A DNA stretch of 64,000 nt, taken from a bacterium (lineage in GTDB: Bacteria > Patescibacteriota > Minisyncoccia > JAHIHE01 > JAGLIN01). The translations under genes were made by a program, and so were the position numbers. The notes beneath the pieces were generated by a model that did not search any database, was not told the origin of the DNA, and worked only from the letters and a program-made list of their open reading frames with translations. Of the stretch, positions 25,634-34,173 are shown in pieces. The first letter of the stretch is position 1; each line of letters opens with the position of its first letter. The stretch spans positions 5,675 through 69,674 of the forward strand of contig DAOWDU010000011.1 of NCBI GenBank assembly GCA_030638825.1, in the 5' to 3' direction.

Positions 25634-28030
25634 ATGAACTTGAAATCAAGAAGCGTTTTTAAAAATATTCCTGGTGTGTTTTTGTTGTTGTTTGTCGTTG
25701 TCGCTGTTTTTATTCCATTAGGAGAAGCAAAAGCATTAGATCTTATTTCTTTTGATATTTTTAGCAGTTTAACGGAATGGACTGCTAAATTGTTAAAAGG
25801 AGATAGCGCAGTTATGACGACTATTTATTGGTTTGCATATCGGGTAATAAGTCTGGGCTTGTATTTCACGACGGTGTTGGTCTATTTCGGTTCCTGGCTG
25901 GTTGATGTTTTTCTTGACGAAGATATTTACGCGAGTGTTCTTAATATGAACGATTCAACTTCAGCGGTCGCTATCGGCTGGAGAACTGTTCGAGATGCTT
26001 GCAACACCTTTTTTATTTTATTTCTTCTGGTAATCGCTTTTTCCACAATCTTGCGAATTCAAGCGTATAGCGCCAAAAGTTTGCTTCCTAAATTGATAAT
26101 CTCTCTCTTTTTAATAAACTTCAGCGCAGTTATCGCAATGATGGTTATTGATCTGGGACAGGTTTTTATGTTTGAAATAAAGACCTGGATGGGAGCGGGA
26201 GGTTTTTCTGCTCCTAGCGGCGCCGGCAGTCCGCTGACTACAATCGTGGACTATTTTCATAACGAATATGGCTTGCACGAACCGCCGCCTTCAGGGGCAT
26301 ATTTAATGTCAGATGTCGTTGGCGTTATGTTTGCGGTTGCTTATTCCGCTATTCTCGGTCTTCTCTATATTATGCTGGCGCTGTTCCTAATGGTTCGGAT
26401 TATAGTTTTCGTAATCCTGATCATAATTTCTCCGTTTGCTTTTTTCAGTATGATCTTGCCAGGAATGAGGACATACACTTCCCAATGGTGGCAGAGTTTG
26501 GTAAGCCACGCCATCTTCGGTCCCGTTTTTCTCTTCTTCATTTTTCTGGCTAGCAAAATGGCGCAATCAATGCAGACATTTAATTCTACTGTTCCTGAAC
26601 CTGCGGATATGGAGCCCTTGTCTTACATAATCGCAAAATTAATCCCCCATATAGTCGCAATGGGAATGCTCATGGCGGCAATTCCCGTCACCCAAAAATT
26701 AGGCGTAGCCGGCGCCAACAAATTCATCGGCGGCGCGGCAGGGATTGGGAAGATTGGAATTGGAGCGGTGGCAGGAGCTAAGTTGGCGGGTGGGTTTGGG
26801 AAGAAGGTTGGGGCTCCTATAACAAGAAGAAGTGGTGTGCCTGATAAGATGAGAAGGGGAACTGATAATATTAAAGGTAGTATCGCTGAAAATAAATGGG
26901 CGCAAAAGGCTGGTATAAGCAAGATTATCTTAAGGGGAGATTCCAATAAATTTAGCAGTCAAAGAGATCAGGTTGAAAAAGAGAAAAAAGGATGGATTAA
27001 CAGTGCACAAAAAGATAATCTTTATGGAGAACTTAAAAATTCTAAGGGGAAGTCTAGCGCTGAAATTGCGGCAATTATTGAAAGAATGTCTGAAAAGAAA
27101 ATGCTTAATGAAAAAGATCTTAAAAGTCACAAGATTGAAGGTCAAACTTTGTCTAATATACTTTCAAGAGCAAAACCTGCTTTGGATGCAGACAAGCTTA
27201 AGGAGTCTATGCCACAATGGGCAGCGATAGTTGAAGCGGGACCGGGAAAAGGAAAGGAAAATATAATAAAAGGAAGAACCAAAGAAATTACAACTGAAAT
27301 GGTTGAAGAAAATAAGTTGAGTTCTTTGAATAATGCCGCTCTTGAGAGCGCTGATGTTATGAAGACAATATTTGATCAACATGATGATCCTGATAAATGG
27401 CTTTCTTCACAAAGTACAGCAAGACAGGATTCAGCAAATATAGGTTTGGAAAACTTGCTTAAAAAATACCAGAAAGAGATACACAACGAAGGCGTTGGAG
27501 GTGTAGATTTTAACAATGTAAATAATGCTGCTATCGGACATGCAAACCCTATAGGAAATACGGGAATGGACGGAGATAAACTCAGAAAAGAAATTGATAG
27601 CATACAAAAATCATTAGCCAAGAATGATAAAAATGGACATGAGAAACTCAATAGACCGACGATTCTTGCTAATGGAGAAATAGATATTGACCTTACTACT
27701 GGAAGAATAGATTTTGCTGGAGCGCCCATTCCAGTAGCAGGAACGCCAGAACATACAGCATGGGAAAGTAGAAGAAAAGAAACTGCAGAAGGAATGAAAG
27801 GTGAAACCGGATTCAAATATAAGAGTAGAGAATTTTATGAGGATATGGGGCAATATTTAGCTAAGGCTCAACTTGACACATTAAGAAAATCTGGGAACAC
27901 TGAACAAATGAGAGCAGCGAAAGATTCTATTCTTTCGCGTGGGGCACGTGTTGGTCATGTGAGTACCGCTTCTCCCGAAATTCGTAGCTATGTTAGTGTT
28001 GGAGGTAATACTTACTATGAAAACTTGTAA
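25634..28030 (+). CDS. Large polytopic membrane protein, VirB6/ConG-like (T4SS channel component), with a Gly-rich linker and a hydrophilic C-terminal half
   Basis: Signal peptide, then an extracytoplasmic segment and 6-8 TM helices (W..VRDACNTFFILFLLVIAF pattern). Gly-rich GVAGANKFIGGAAGIGKIGIGAVAGAKLAGG. Confidence 0.45.
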   Translation: MNLKSRSVFKNIPGVFLLLFVVVAVFIPLGEAKALDLISFDIFSSLTEWTAKLLKGDSAVMTTIYWFAYRVISLGLYFTTVLVYFGSWLVDVFLDEDIYASVLNMNDSTSAVAIGWRTVRDACNTFFILFLLVIAFSTILRIQAYSAKSLLPKLIISLFLINFSAVIAMMVIDLGQVFMFEIKTWMGAGGFSAPSGAGSPLTTIVDYFHNEYGLHEPPPSGAYLMSDVVGVMFAVAYSAILGLLYIMLALFLMVRIIVFVILIIISPFAFFSMILPGMRTYTSQWWQSLVSHAIFGPVFLFFIFLASKMAQSMQTFNSTVPEPADMEPLSYIIAKLIPHIVAMGMLMAAIPVTQKLGVAGANKFIGGAAGIGKIGIGAVAGAKLAGGFGKKVGAPITRRSGVPDKMRRGTDNIKGSIAENKWAQKAGISKIILRGDSNKFSSQRDQVEKEKKGWINSAQKDNLYGELKNSKGKSSAEIAAIIERMSEKKMLNEKDLKSHKIEGQTLSNILSRAKPALDADKLKESMPQWAAIVEAGPGKGKENIIKGRTKEITTEMVEENKLSSLNNAALESADVMKTIFDQHDDPDKWLSSQSTARQDSANIGLENLLKKYQKEIHNEGVGGVDFNNVNNAAIGHANPIGNTGMDGDKLRKEIDSIQKSLAKNDKNGHEKLNRPTILANGEIDIDLTTGRIDFAGAPIPVAGTPEHTAWESRRKETAEGMKGETGFKYKSREFYEDMGQYLAKAQLDTLRKSGNTEQMRAAKDSILSRGARVGHVSTASPEIRSYVSVGGNTYYENL

Positions 28031-28051
28031 ATTTAGAAAATCTATAGCATT

Positions 28052-28825
28052 ATGAAAGAAATATATATAGAAAGAATTAAAAAATTACCAGATTTTGTTC
28101 AAGATTCACTTGGCGAAAGTGCTGATGTGGCCAATATTAAAATAAGGGAAAATTATATATTTGATGAAGAAAAATTACTTTCTCTTTCAGATATCAAAGC
28201 TGAGATAATATTAAAAGATATAAGTATAGAAGAAATAAATAATAGAATTCAAAAAGAACTAAACCTTGATAATGAAGCTTCTAACAAAATAACCCTTATC
28301 ATTCTCACCGAAATTTTTTATCCGATTAAAAGTTATTTCCCGGGGATAGAAGATGAAATCCTGAAACTGGGCGGGGAAGTTCCAAAAATAAAGCCGAAGA
28401 AAATAAGCGAGCAGTTTTTGAAAAGAGAAGAAGAAATGGGAAGGATGAAAGAGGAAGAAAAAAGGAGAGAAGAAGAGAGAATAAAAGACACAATTATTAA
28501 AAAGCCGATTAAAGATTTGATAAAAGAATTTGCGGAAGTTGGCGAACAGCAGATTGGAAGCCAGAAAGCGATTATTTTGAAAGAGATGCCTGTGCCGATG
28601 AAGCCGCTCGTGAAGTATTGGATGAAGGATTATTTAGAAAAAATGGGACATTATGAGCACTCCAATATTGACCGTGTTAAATATGTCTATCATGATAAAA
28701 ATACCCGCAAAATGAATGACGAAGAAAGACGGCAATTGAATTTGATTCTGAAATCGCTGGATGAAGGGATTTTGCTGGCTTATTCTACGCGACTTAAAAA
28801 AATAGATTTTAGTAAAATGGATTAA
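28052..28825 (+). CDS. Hypothetical protein (257 aa) within the T4SS-like cluster
   Basis: ORF with a charged coiled-coil central region and no known motif. Confidence 0.45.
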   Translation: MKEIYIERIKKLPDFVQDSLGESADVANIKIRENYIFDEEKLLSLSDIKAEIILKDISIEEINNRIQKELNLDNEASNKITLIILTEIFYPIKSYFPGIEDEILKLGGEVPKIKPKKISEQFLKREEEMGRMKEEEKRREEERIKDTIIKKPIKDLIKEFAEVGEQQIGSQKAIILKEMPVPMKPLVKYWMKDYLEKMGHYEHSNIDRVKYVYHDKNTRKMNDEERRQLNLILKSLDEGILLAYSTRLKKIDFSKMD

Positions 28826-28972
28826 GAAATAATTTCTAATTTTCAATTTCTAATTTCTATTAAATTTTCAAGGAATTAAGTTTCAAATAATATTTTGAAA
28901 ACAAGAATTTAGAACTTGAAGAATTTAGAACTTTAATAAAAATTAGAAATTAGAAATTGAAAATTTAAATTC

Positions 28973-29422
28973 ATGCAATACGGTGTTCCACAATTTATAA
29001 ATGTAGAGGATAAAATAGTTGGTCCTTTTACAGGGAAGCAAACGGTCTGCCTTATTGTCGGCGGCGGGATTTTGATGCTGTTCTTTTCAATTTTTGATTT
29101 TGTCTTTTTCGCGTTTGCGGCCATAATAATTATTCCTCTAACCCTGGCGTTTGCTTTTTGGAAACCAAAAGGGATTTCTGTTTTCAGGTTGATTTTAAAC
29201 AGAGTAAACTTTGGCGTTTCTAATCATCTTTATGTTTGGAGGAGAGAGCCTGATGACAGGATGTTTAAGGCAGCGCAAAAAGTAAAATCATCCAAAAAAA
29301 TAGCTGAAAAAAATGTTTCCAGAAATAGGATCAGAGAGCTAGCCTGGCTTCTTGATACAAGCACCTCTGTAAATCTTCCCTACGAAGTTAAGACAAGAGC
29401 GAGAGAAGGAATTAGAAAATAA
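28973..29422 (+). CDS. PrgI-family / VirB3-like small membrane protein
   Basis: VPQFINVEDKIVGPFTGKQTVCLIVGGGILMLFF matches the PrgI pattern (K..GPFT.RQ), followed by two TM helices. Confidence 0.55.
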   Translation: MQYGVPQFINVEDKIVGPFTGKQTVCLIVGGGILMLFFSIFDFVFFAFAAIIIIPLTLAFAFWKPKGISVFRLILNRVNFGVSNHLYVWRREPDDRMFKAAQKVKSSKKIAEKNVSRNRIRELAWLLDTSTSVNLPYEVKTRAREGIRK

Positions 29423-29490
29423 TGTGGAGTGCGTTGTCAGTATTGGTGTGTTGTTGTTTAGTGGAGCTCAAAGAATTGAAATAAGTTCTT

Positions 29491-29545
29491 AATTTCAAAA
29501 TCCAAATTATGTCAAATTATTCCAAATCAAATCCAAATTTAAAAA
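29491..29545. repeat. Left inverted repeat (ccaaat-rich) flanking the four-helix-bundle gene
   Basis: aatttcaaaatccaaattatgtcaaattattccaaatcaaatccaaattt. It is the reverse-complement partner of 29927-29995 and a homolog of 30751-30800. Confidence 0.7.
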
Positions 29546-29922
29546 CTCAAAAGATTTATGATCTAGAAGAAAGAACAGCTATATTTGGAGAAAATGTAGT
29601 AGAGTTCTGTAAATCTTTACCTCAAAATAATATAAGCATTCCATTGCTTAGGCAGGTAATCAGATCAGGAACAAGTGTAGGAGCAAATTATTGCGAAGCA
29701 GATGGAGCAGAATCAGGAAAAGATTTTAAGCATAAGATTGCCATTTGTAAAAAGGAATCAAAAGAAACAAAGCATTGGTTCCGAATGATTGCCAAAGCTC
29801 TTCCAGATAAAGCTAATGAATGTCGAAAACTATGGAAAGAAGCTCAAGAATTAACTTTAATTTTTTCTTCTATTTTAAATCCAAAAAAGAAAGACAAAGA
29901 CAAAATAAGCGATAAACAATGA
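29509..29922 (+). CDS. Four-helix-bundle protein of the 23S rRNA intervening-sequence protein family (the DGR Avd fold family)
   Basis: LEERT...GANYCEA...ICKKESKETKHWFRM matches the S23/IVS four-helix-bundle family signature (KE..ET.YWL). Confidence 0.7.
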   Translation: MSNYSKSNPNLKTQKIYDLEERTAIFGENVVEFCKSLPQNNISIPLLRQVIRSGTSVGANYCEADGAESGKDFKHKIAICKKESKETKHWFRMIAKALPDKANECRKLWKEAQELTLIFSSILNPKKKDKDKISDKQ

Positions 29923-29926
29923 GTAA

Positions 29927-29995
29927 TTTTAGCATTTGATATTTGAATTTGATTTGGAATAATTTGAGCTTTGGAATAATTTGGAATTTATAAAC
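29927..29995. repeat. Right inverted repeat (atttgg-rich) flanking the four-helix-bundle gene
   Basis: ttttagcatttgatatttgaatttgatttggaataatttgagctttggaataatttggaattt, about 90% identical to 30806-30875. Confidence 0.7.
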
Positions 29996-30064
29996 CTATT
30001 TTAGCAAAATAAATTATCATTCACTCTTTATAATTTTTTATTTTCAACCTCTAACCCTAACATC

Positions 30065-30739
30065 ATGTCTACTCCCCTCAAACAAAAAAAAATAGGTCTA
30101 AGTTCCCAAAAATATCTGGAGATCGCCGAGATAAAAGATGGCGTTGTTGTGATGAAAAATACAAGCCTGAAAGCTGTTTTGATGGTTTCTTCCATAAACT
30201 TTGCGTTGAAATCCATTGACGAGCAAGACGCTATCATTTATCATTTTCAGAGTTTTTTGAACTCCATTGATTTTTCGGTCCAAATAGTTATAAATTCCAG
30301 ACAATTAAATCTGGACAATTATTTGCGCGCGCTTAAAGATCAAGAGAAAAAACAAAGCAACGAGCTTTTACGAATGCAAACTTCCAGTTATATAGAATAT
30401 ATTCAGGGACTTATTAAGATGGCCAATATCGTAAGCAAAACATTTTATATCGTTATTCCTTTCGCGCCTTCGGAGTCCAGAGGCGACGGACTTATGTCAA
30501 AAATGAAAGCAGTGGCTAATCCAGCCAAACTTATGTCAGGCAGAGAATCGTTTGAAAAATATAAAGATCAACTGCTGCAAAGAGTTGACCATGTTATAGA
30601 AAATTTAAGTGGAGCAGGGTTGCGAATGACCATGCTCAATACACAGGAGCTGATAGAGCTTTATTACAATTTATACAATCCCGAAATTTCAGAAAAAAAA
30701 GGTTTAGCGGATGTGGAGGAATTGGATCTGGCTCGTTAA
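30065..30739 (+). CDS. VirB4 N-terminal-domain-like protein (possible detached N-terminal part of the T4SS ATPase)
   Basis: KYLEIAEIKDGVVVMKNTSLKAVLMVSSINF resembles the VirB4/TrbE N-terminal pattern (..tKdGsl.avl.v.g.d). No TM segment. Confidence 0.4.
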   Translation: MSTPLKQKKIGLSSQKYLEIAEIKDGVVVMKNTSLKAVLMVSSINFALKSIDEQDAIIYHFQSFLNSIDFSVQIVINSRQLNLDNYLRALKDQEKKQSNELLRMQTSSYIEYIQGLIKMANIVSKTFYIVIPFAPSESRGDGLMSKMKAVANPAKLMSGRESFEKYKDQLLQRVDHVIENLSGAGLRMTMLNTQELIELYYNLYNPEISEKKGLADVEELDLAR

Positions 30740-30750
30740 ATTAAAAATTA

Positions 30751-30875
30751 AAATTGTTCCAAATTACTCCAAATCAAATCTAAAATCCAAATCTTAAAAA
30801 TAAATTTTAGTATTTGAAATTTGGATTTGATTTGGAATAATTTGAGCTTTGGAACAATTTGGATTTTTATAGATT
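30751..30875. mobile_element. Solo copy of the ccaaat/atttgg inverted-repeat pair forming a ~120-bp hairpin (MITE-like), between the two VirB4-like ORFs
   Basis: L2 (30751-30800) and R2 (30806-30875) are adjacent. They are homologous to L1 and R1, which flank the gene at 29509-29922. Confidence 0.6.
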
Positions 30876-30897
30876 AAATTATTATAATAAAAAATAT

Positions 30898-32739
30898 ATG
30901 TCTTTACTGGATAAAATTCTACCAAACAAAACTCAATCCAAAACAACCATAGATCCTTCCCAAAAGTCCGCTCTTTTGGAGTCGGAAAAAATATATCAAA
31001 GAGGATTGGCGACGGTCAAAGATATTATCGCTCCCGCGGCTTTTAAAATTGAGTCGGATCATGTAATGATTAACAAAAAAATGGCCTCAACCTTTTTTGT
31101 TTACGCTTATCCGAGGTTTTTGCAAACAAACTGGTTTTCTCCGATTATAAACCTGGACACGACTTTTGATATTGCAATGTTTATTCATCCTCAAAGCACC
31201 GCTGAGATTTTAAGGAATTTGCGGAAGATTATAACCCAAATCCAATCGCAAATTTCTATTAACGAAGAAAAGGGGTTGGTAAGAGACCCAATTTTGGAAA
31301 CTGCTTTTCAGGATGTTGAGAATTTAAGAGATGATTTGCAGCAGGGAGTTGAGCATTTTTTTCAGTTCGGTCTTTATATCACAATATATGGAGATACAAA
31401 AGAAGAACTAAGAAAAATTGAGACTCAAATAGAAGCAATTTTAGAATCAAAACTTATTTATATCAAACCAGCCATTATGCAAATGGAGGCGGGATTTAAT
31501 TCAACGCTTCCGCTCGGATCTGATAAACTGATGATCGGAAATAATATGAACACCTCTCCCCTTTCCACTACTTTTCCTTTTGTATCCAGCGACTTAACTT
31601 CCAATCAGGGGATATTATATGGGATTAACAGGCACAATAACAGTTTGGTTCTGTTTGACAGATTTTCTATGGAAAATGCGAATATGGTTATTTTCGCCAA
31701 ATCTGGCGCTGGAAAAAGTTACGCTGTGAAACTTGAAATTTTACGAAGTTTAATGATGGACACTGAAGTTATTATTATTGATCCTGAAGATGAATATAAA
31801 CATCTTTGTGAAACTACAGGAGGAACTTTCTTGAGAATTTCTCTGTCGTCAAAACATCATATCAATCCGTTTGACTTGCCGACCGCTATGGAAGATGAAA
31901 CTCCAGCTGATGTTTTGCGAACCGCTATTTCAAATATTTCAGGACTTTTAAAAGTTATGCTTGGAAAAATCTCCACGGAAGAAGATTCAATTTTAGACAG
32001 AGCGATCGCGGAAACTTATGCTATTAAAGATATCACTCCCGAAGCTGATTTTACTAATTTAGAAATGCCGACAATGACAGACTTGCAGATGGTTTTAGAA
32101 AATATGAAGGGCGCGGAAAGTTTATCTATCAGAATTAAAAAATATACAGAAGGAACTTTCGCTGGGTTTTTAAATCACAAGACAAACATTAGTGTTGATA
32201 CAGGAATGATTGTTTTCAATATCAGAGATATGGAAGATGAATTAAGGCCAGTAGCGATGTATTTAATCCTGCATTTTATTTGGACATTGATTAGAACAAA
32301 AACGAAAAAAAGAATGATGGTTATTGACGAAGCCTGGTGGATGATGCAGCACGAGGATGCCGCTTCGTTTCTTTTTGGAATTGCGAAAAGATGCCGAAAG
32401 TATTATTTAGGTCTGACGACTATTACGCAGGATGTGACTGATTTTATGGGCTCTAGATTTGGCAAGCCGATTGTGACGAATTCCTCAATTCAGCTTTTGC
32501 TCAAACAGTCCCCCGCGGCGATTAAAGTTATCGTGGACACATTTTATCTGACAGACGAAGAAAAGTTTTTGCTCTTGGAAAGCAATGTCGGGGAAGGAAT
32601 TTTCTTCGCTGGCCCGAAGCGCGCGGCGATCAAAGTTGTCGCTTCTTATTCCGAAGATCAAATTATAACTTCTGACCCGGCGCAATTGTTGGAAATTGAG
32701 AGGGCGAAGAAGGAATTAAGAGAGATAGCGGGAGAGTAG
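30898..32739 (+). CDS. VirB4/TrbE/CagE-family T4SS ATPase (C-terminal ATPase part). The start is reassigned to the ATG at 30898.
   Basis: Walker A FAKSGAGKSYAVK, Walker B MMVIDEAWWMM and RK...TQ. The ORF-track start at 30859 is a TTG inside the repeat element, and a tataat lies 9 nt before the ATG at 30898. Confidence 0.7.
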   Translation: MSLLDKILPNKTQSKTTIDPSQKSALLESEKIYQRGLATVKDIIAPAAFKIESDHVMINKKMASTFFVYAYPRFLQTNWFSPIINLDTTFDIAMFIHPQSTAEILRNLRKIITQIQSQISINEEKGLVRDPILETAFQDVENLRDDLQQGVEHFFQFGLYITIYGDTKEELRKIETQIEAILESKLIYIKPAIMQMEAGFNSTLPLGSDKLMIGNNMNTSPLSTTFPFVSSDLTSNQGILYGINRHNNSLVLFDRFSMENANMVIFAKSGAGKSYAVKLEILRSLMMDTEVIIIDPEDEYKHLCETTGGTFLRISLSSKHHINPFDLPTAMEDETPADVLRTAISNISGLLKVMLGKISTEEDSILDRAIAETYAIKDITPEADFTNLEMPTMTDLQMVLENMKGAESLSIRIKKYTEGTFAGFLNHKTNISVDTGMIVFNIRDMEDELRPVAMYLILHFIWTLIRTKTKKRMMVIDEAWWMMQHEDAASFLFGIAKRCRKYYLGLTTITQDVTDFMGSRFGKPIVTNSSIQLLLKQSPAAIKVIVDTFYLTDEEKFLLLESNVGEGIFFAGPKRAAIKVVASYSEDQIITSDPAQLLEIERAKKELREIAGE

Positions 32740-32798
32740 AAATGAGGGTGCCATAGTCTCCGCAGAGCTGTGGCACCGTCCGTTAGAATGTCCGTTAT

Positions 32799-33725
32799 TT
32801 GTCCGTTAAAAATTATTTTATGGATAATATAAAAAATGATAAAACAGAAAAAGAGATAGAAGAAAAAGTTTCGGAGAAATTGAAGAAGGATATAAAAAAA
32901 TTGCTATCAGATAAAGAAGGAAGAACGCCATCGGAGAGTCTAGGAAAGGAGTGGAGAAGAATACTATCAGGAGGAACTGAAAAAAATGAAGCGTTTAAAA
33001 AACATAGTGAAAATTATAATGATAGACAAAGTAGTAGAAAACATAGAAGAGCTGGTAGTAAAAAAAGTCTCCCGCCCTTGAAAGATTTAAGAGAAAAAGA
33101 TAAAGAAGAAAAAAAAGCAAAAGAAAAGTTTCAAAATAAACTTAGTAAGATTAATCGACAATCTGTTAAGAATATTAAGAGAAATGTTAAGGAAAGATCA
33201 AGGAAAATTGCGGAAAGAAGAAAAGTAGCTTTTAAAAAAAAGCTTAAGGAGAAGATGAAGAAAAAACTTACGATGAATGCAAAACAAGGGAAAAGCATTC
33301 ATATGACTTGCCTGTTTGCATTTATGATGTTCCTTGCTTTTTTTAATGATGTCTTGTTGGATATACTTGTTGCGATGACTGTTGAAATTATTGCGTTGGC
33401 AATTTCGCTAACAGGAATAGGAGCCGCGGTAGGATTGCCTATTATCGCTTTTGTAGAATCTGCGGGAAATGTTATTGATGCTGCAACAGGCATAATCCTT
33501 ACAATTTTCTCATTATATATAGGAGGGCATACCAAGGCTGGTATGAAAAAAGGTTTAAGATCTTTGGCTAAATATGTAGGAGGTTTTATTATTGAGCTGA
33601 TTCCTATTTTAAATTTGTTTGTAAGTTGGATGGTGGTTGTTGCATCAGACTGGCTTGCAGTTAGGAAAAGAGCGGAAAAAGCGGAAGCAATGGATGAGGA
33701 AATTAATCAGATAAGCGGAAGATAA
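32799..33725 (+). CDS. Membrane protein with a Lys-rich N-terminal region and a C-terminal 4-TM domain
   Basis: The N-terminal 170 aa are highly basic and the C-terminus has 4 hydrophobic helices. Confidence 0.45.
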   Translation: MSVKNYFMDNIKNDKTEKEIEEKVSEKLKKDIKKLLSDKEGRTPSESLGKEWRRILSGGTEKNEAFKKHSENYNDRQSSRKHRRAGSKKSLPPLKDLREKDKEEKKAKEKFQNKLSKINRQSVKNIKRNVKERSRKIAERRKVAFKKKLKEKMKKKLTMNAKQGKSIHMTCLFAFMMFLAFFNDVLLDILVAMTVEIIALAISLTGIGAAVGLPIIAFVESAGNVIDAATGIILTIFSLYIGGHTKAGMKKGLRSLAKYVGGFIIELIPILNLFVSWMVVVASDWLAVRKRAEKAEAMDEEINQISGR

Positions 33726-33801
33726 AATTTTCAAAATTTGATAGTTTATTTCAAAAGTGCTATTATTGAGATAGTGAAGTTTAGATTTATAAATAAAAAA
33801 C

Positions 33802-34158
33802 ATGGAAACAAAAAAAGAAATAACAATAGATGAATTAGCGGGAATGATGCAACGGGGGTTTGTAGCGCTTGAAAATAAAATGGATAGCAAGTTTGATAAA
33901 TTAGATAGCAAGTTTGACAGGCTTGATAATAAAGTTAATGGATTAAAGAGCGAGATGGATAGAAAGTTTGACAGAGTTGATGAAAGGTTTGATCAAGTTT
34001 TAACTAATCAGGATCATATTTTGGGAAGATTGGAAAATTTAGAAACGGACAACACGGCAGGCGCAGAAGCTTCTCGGCGGCAGGAAGATAAATTAGAGGA
34101 TTACGAAAAAAGAATTATTGTTACAGAGAAAAAATTAGGAATTGGCGCGGCAATTTAA
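33802..34158 (+). CDS. Small coiled-coil protein, paralog of the gene at 50731-51018
   Basis: The shared N-terminal block TIDELAGMMQRGF aligns with TIDDLAIMIGKGF. Internal KFD(K/R)LD repeats. Confidence 0.5.
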   Translation: METKKEITIDELAGMMQRGFVALENKMDSKFDKLDSKFDRLDNKVNGLKSEMDRKFDRVDERFDQVLTNQDHILGRLENLETDNTAGAEASRRQEDKLEDYEKRIIVTEKKLGIGAAI

Positions 34159-34173
34159 ATAACCCTTAAACTT

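Noticed and set aside
26365-27853. Several minus-strand ORFs (26623-26946, 27376-27816 and others) inside the VirB6-like gene
   Set aside because: They are antisense to a long ORF with clear membrane-protein character, and their compositions are biased. They are considered spurious.
30859-30897. ORF-track start of the VirB4-like gene at 30859 (TTG)
   Set aside because: It lies within the hairpin repeat element. The ATG at 30898, preceded by a TATAAT 9 nt upstream, is the more plausible start.
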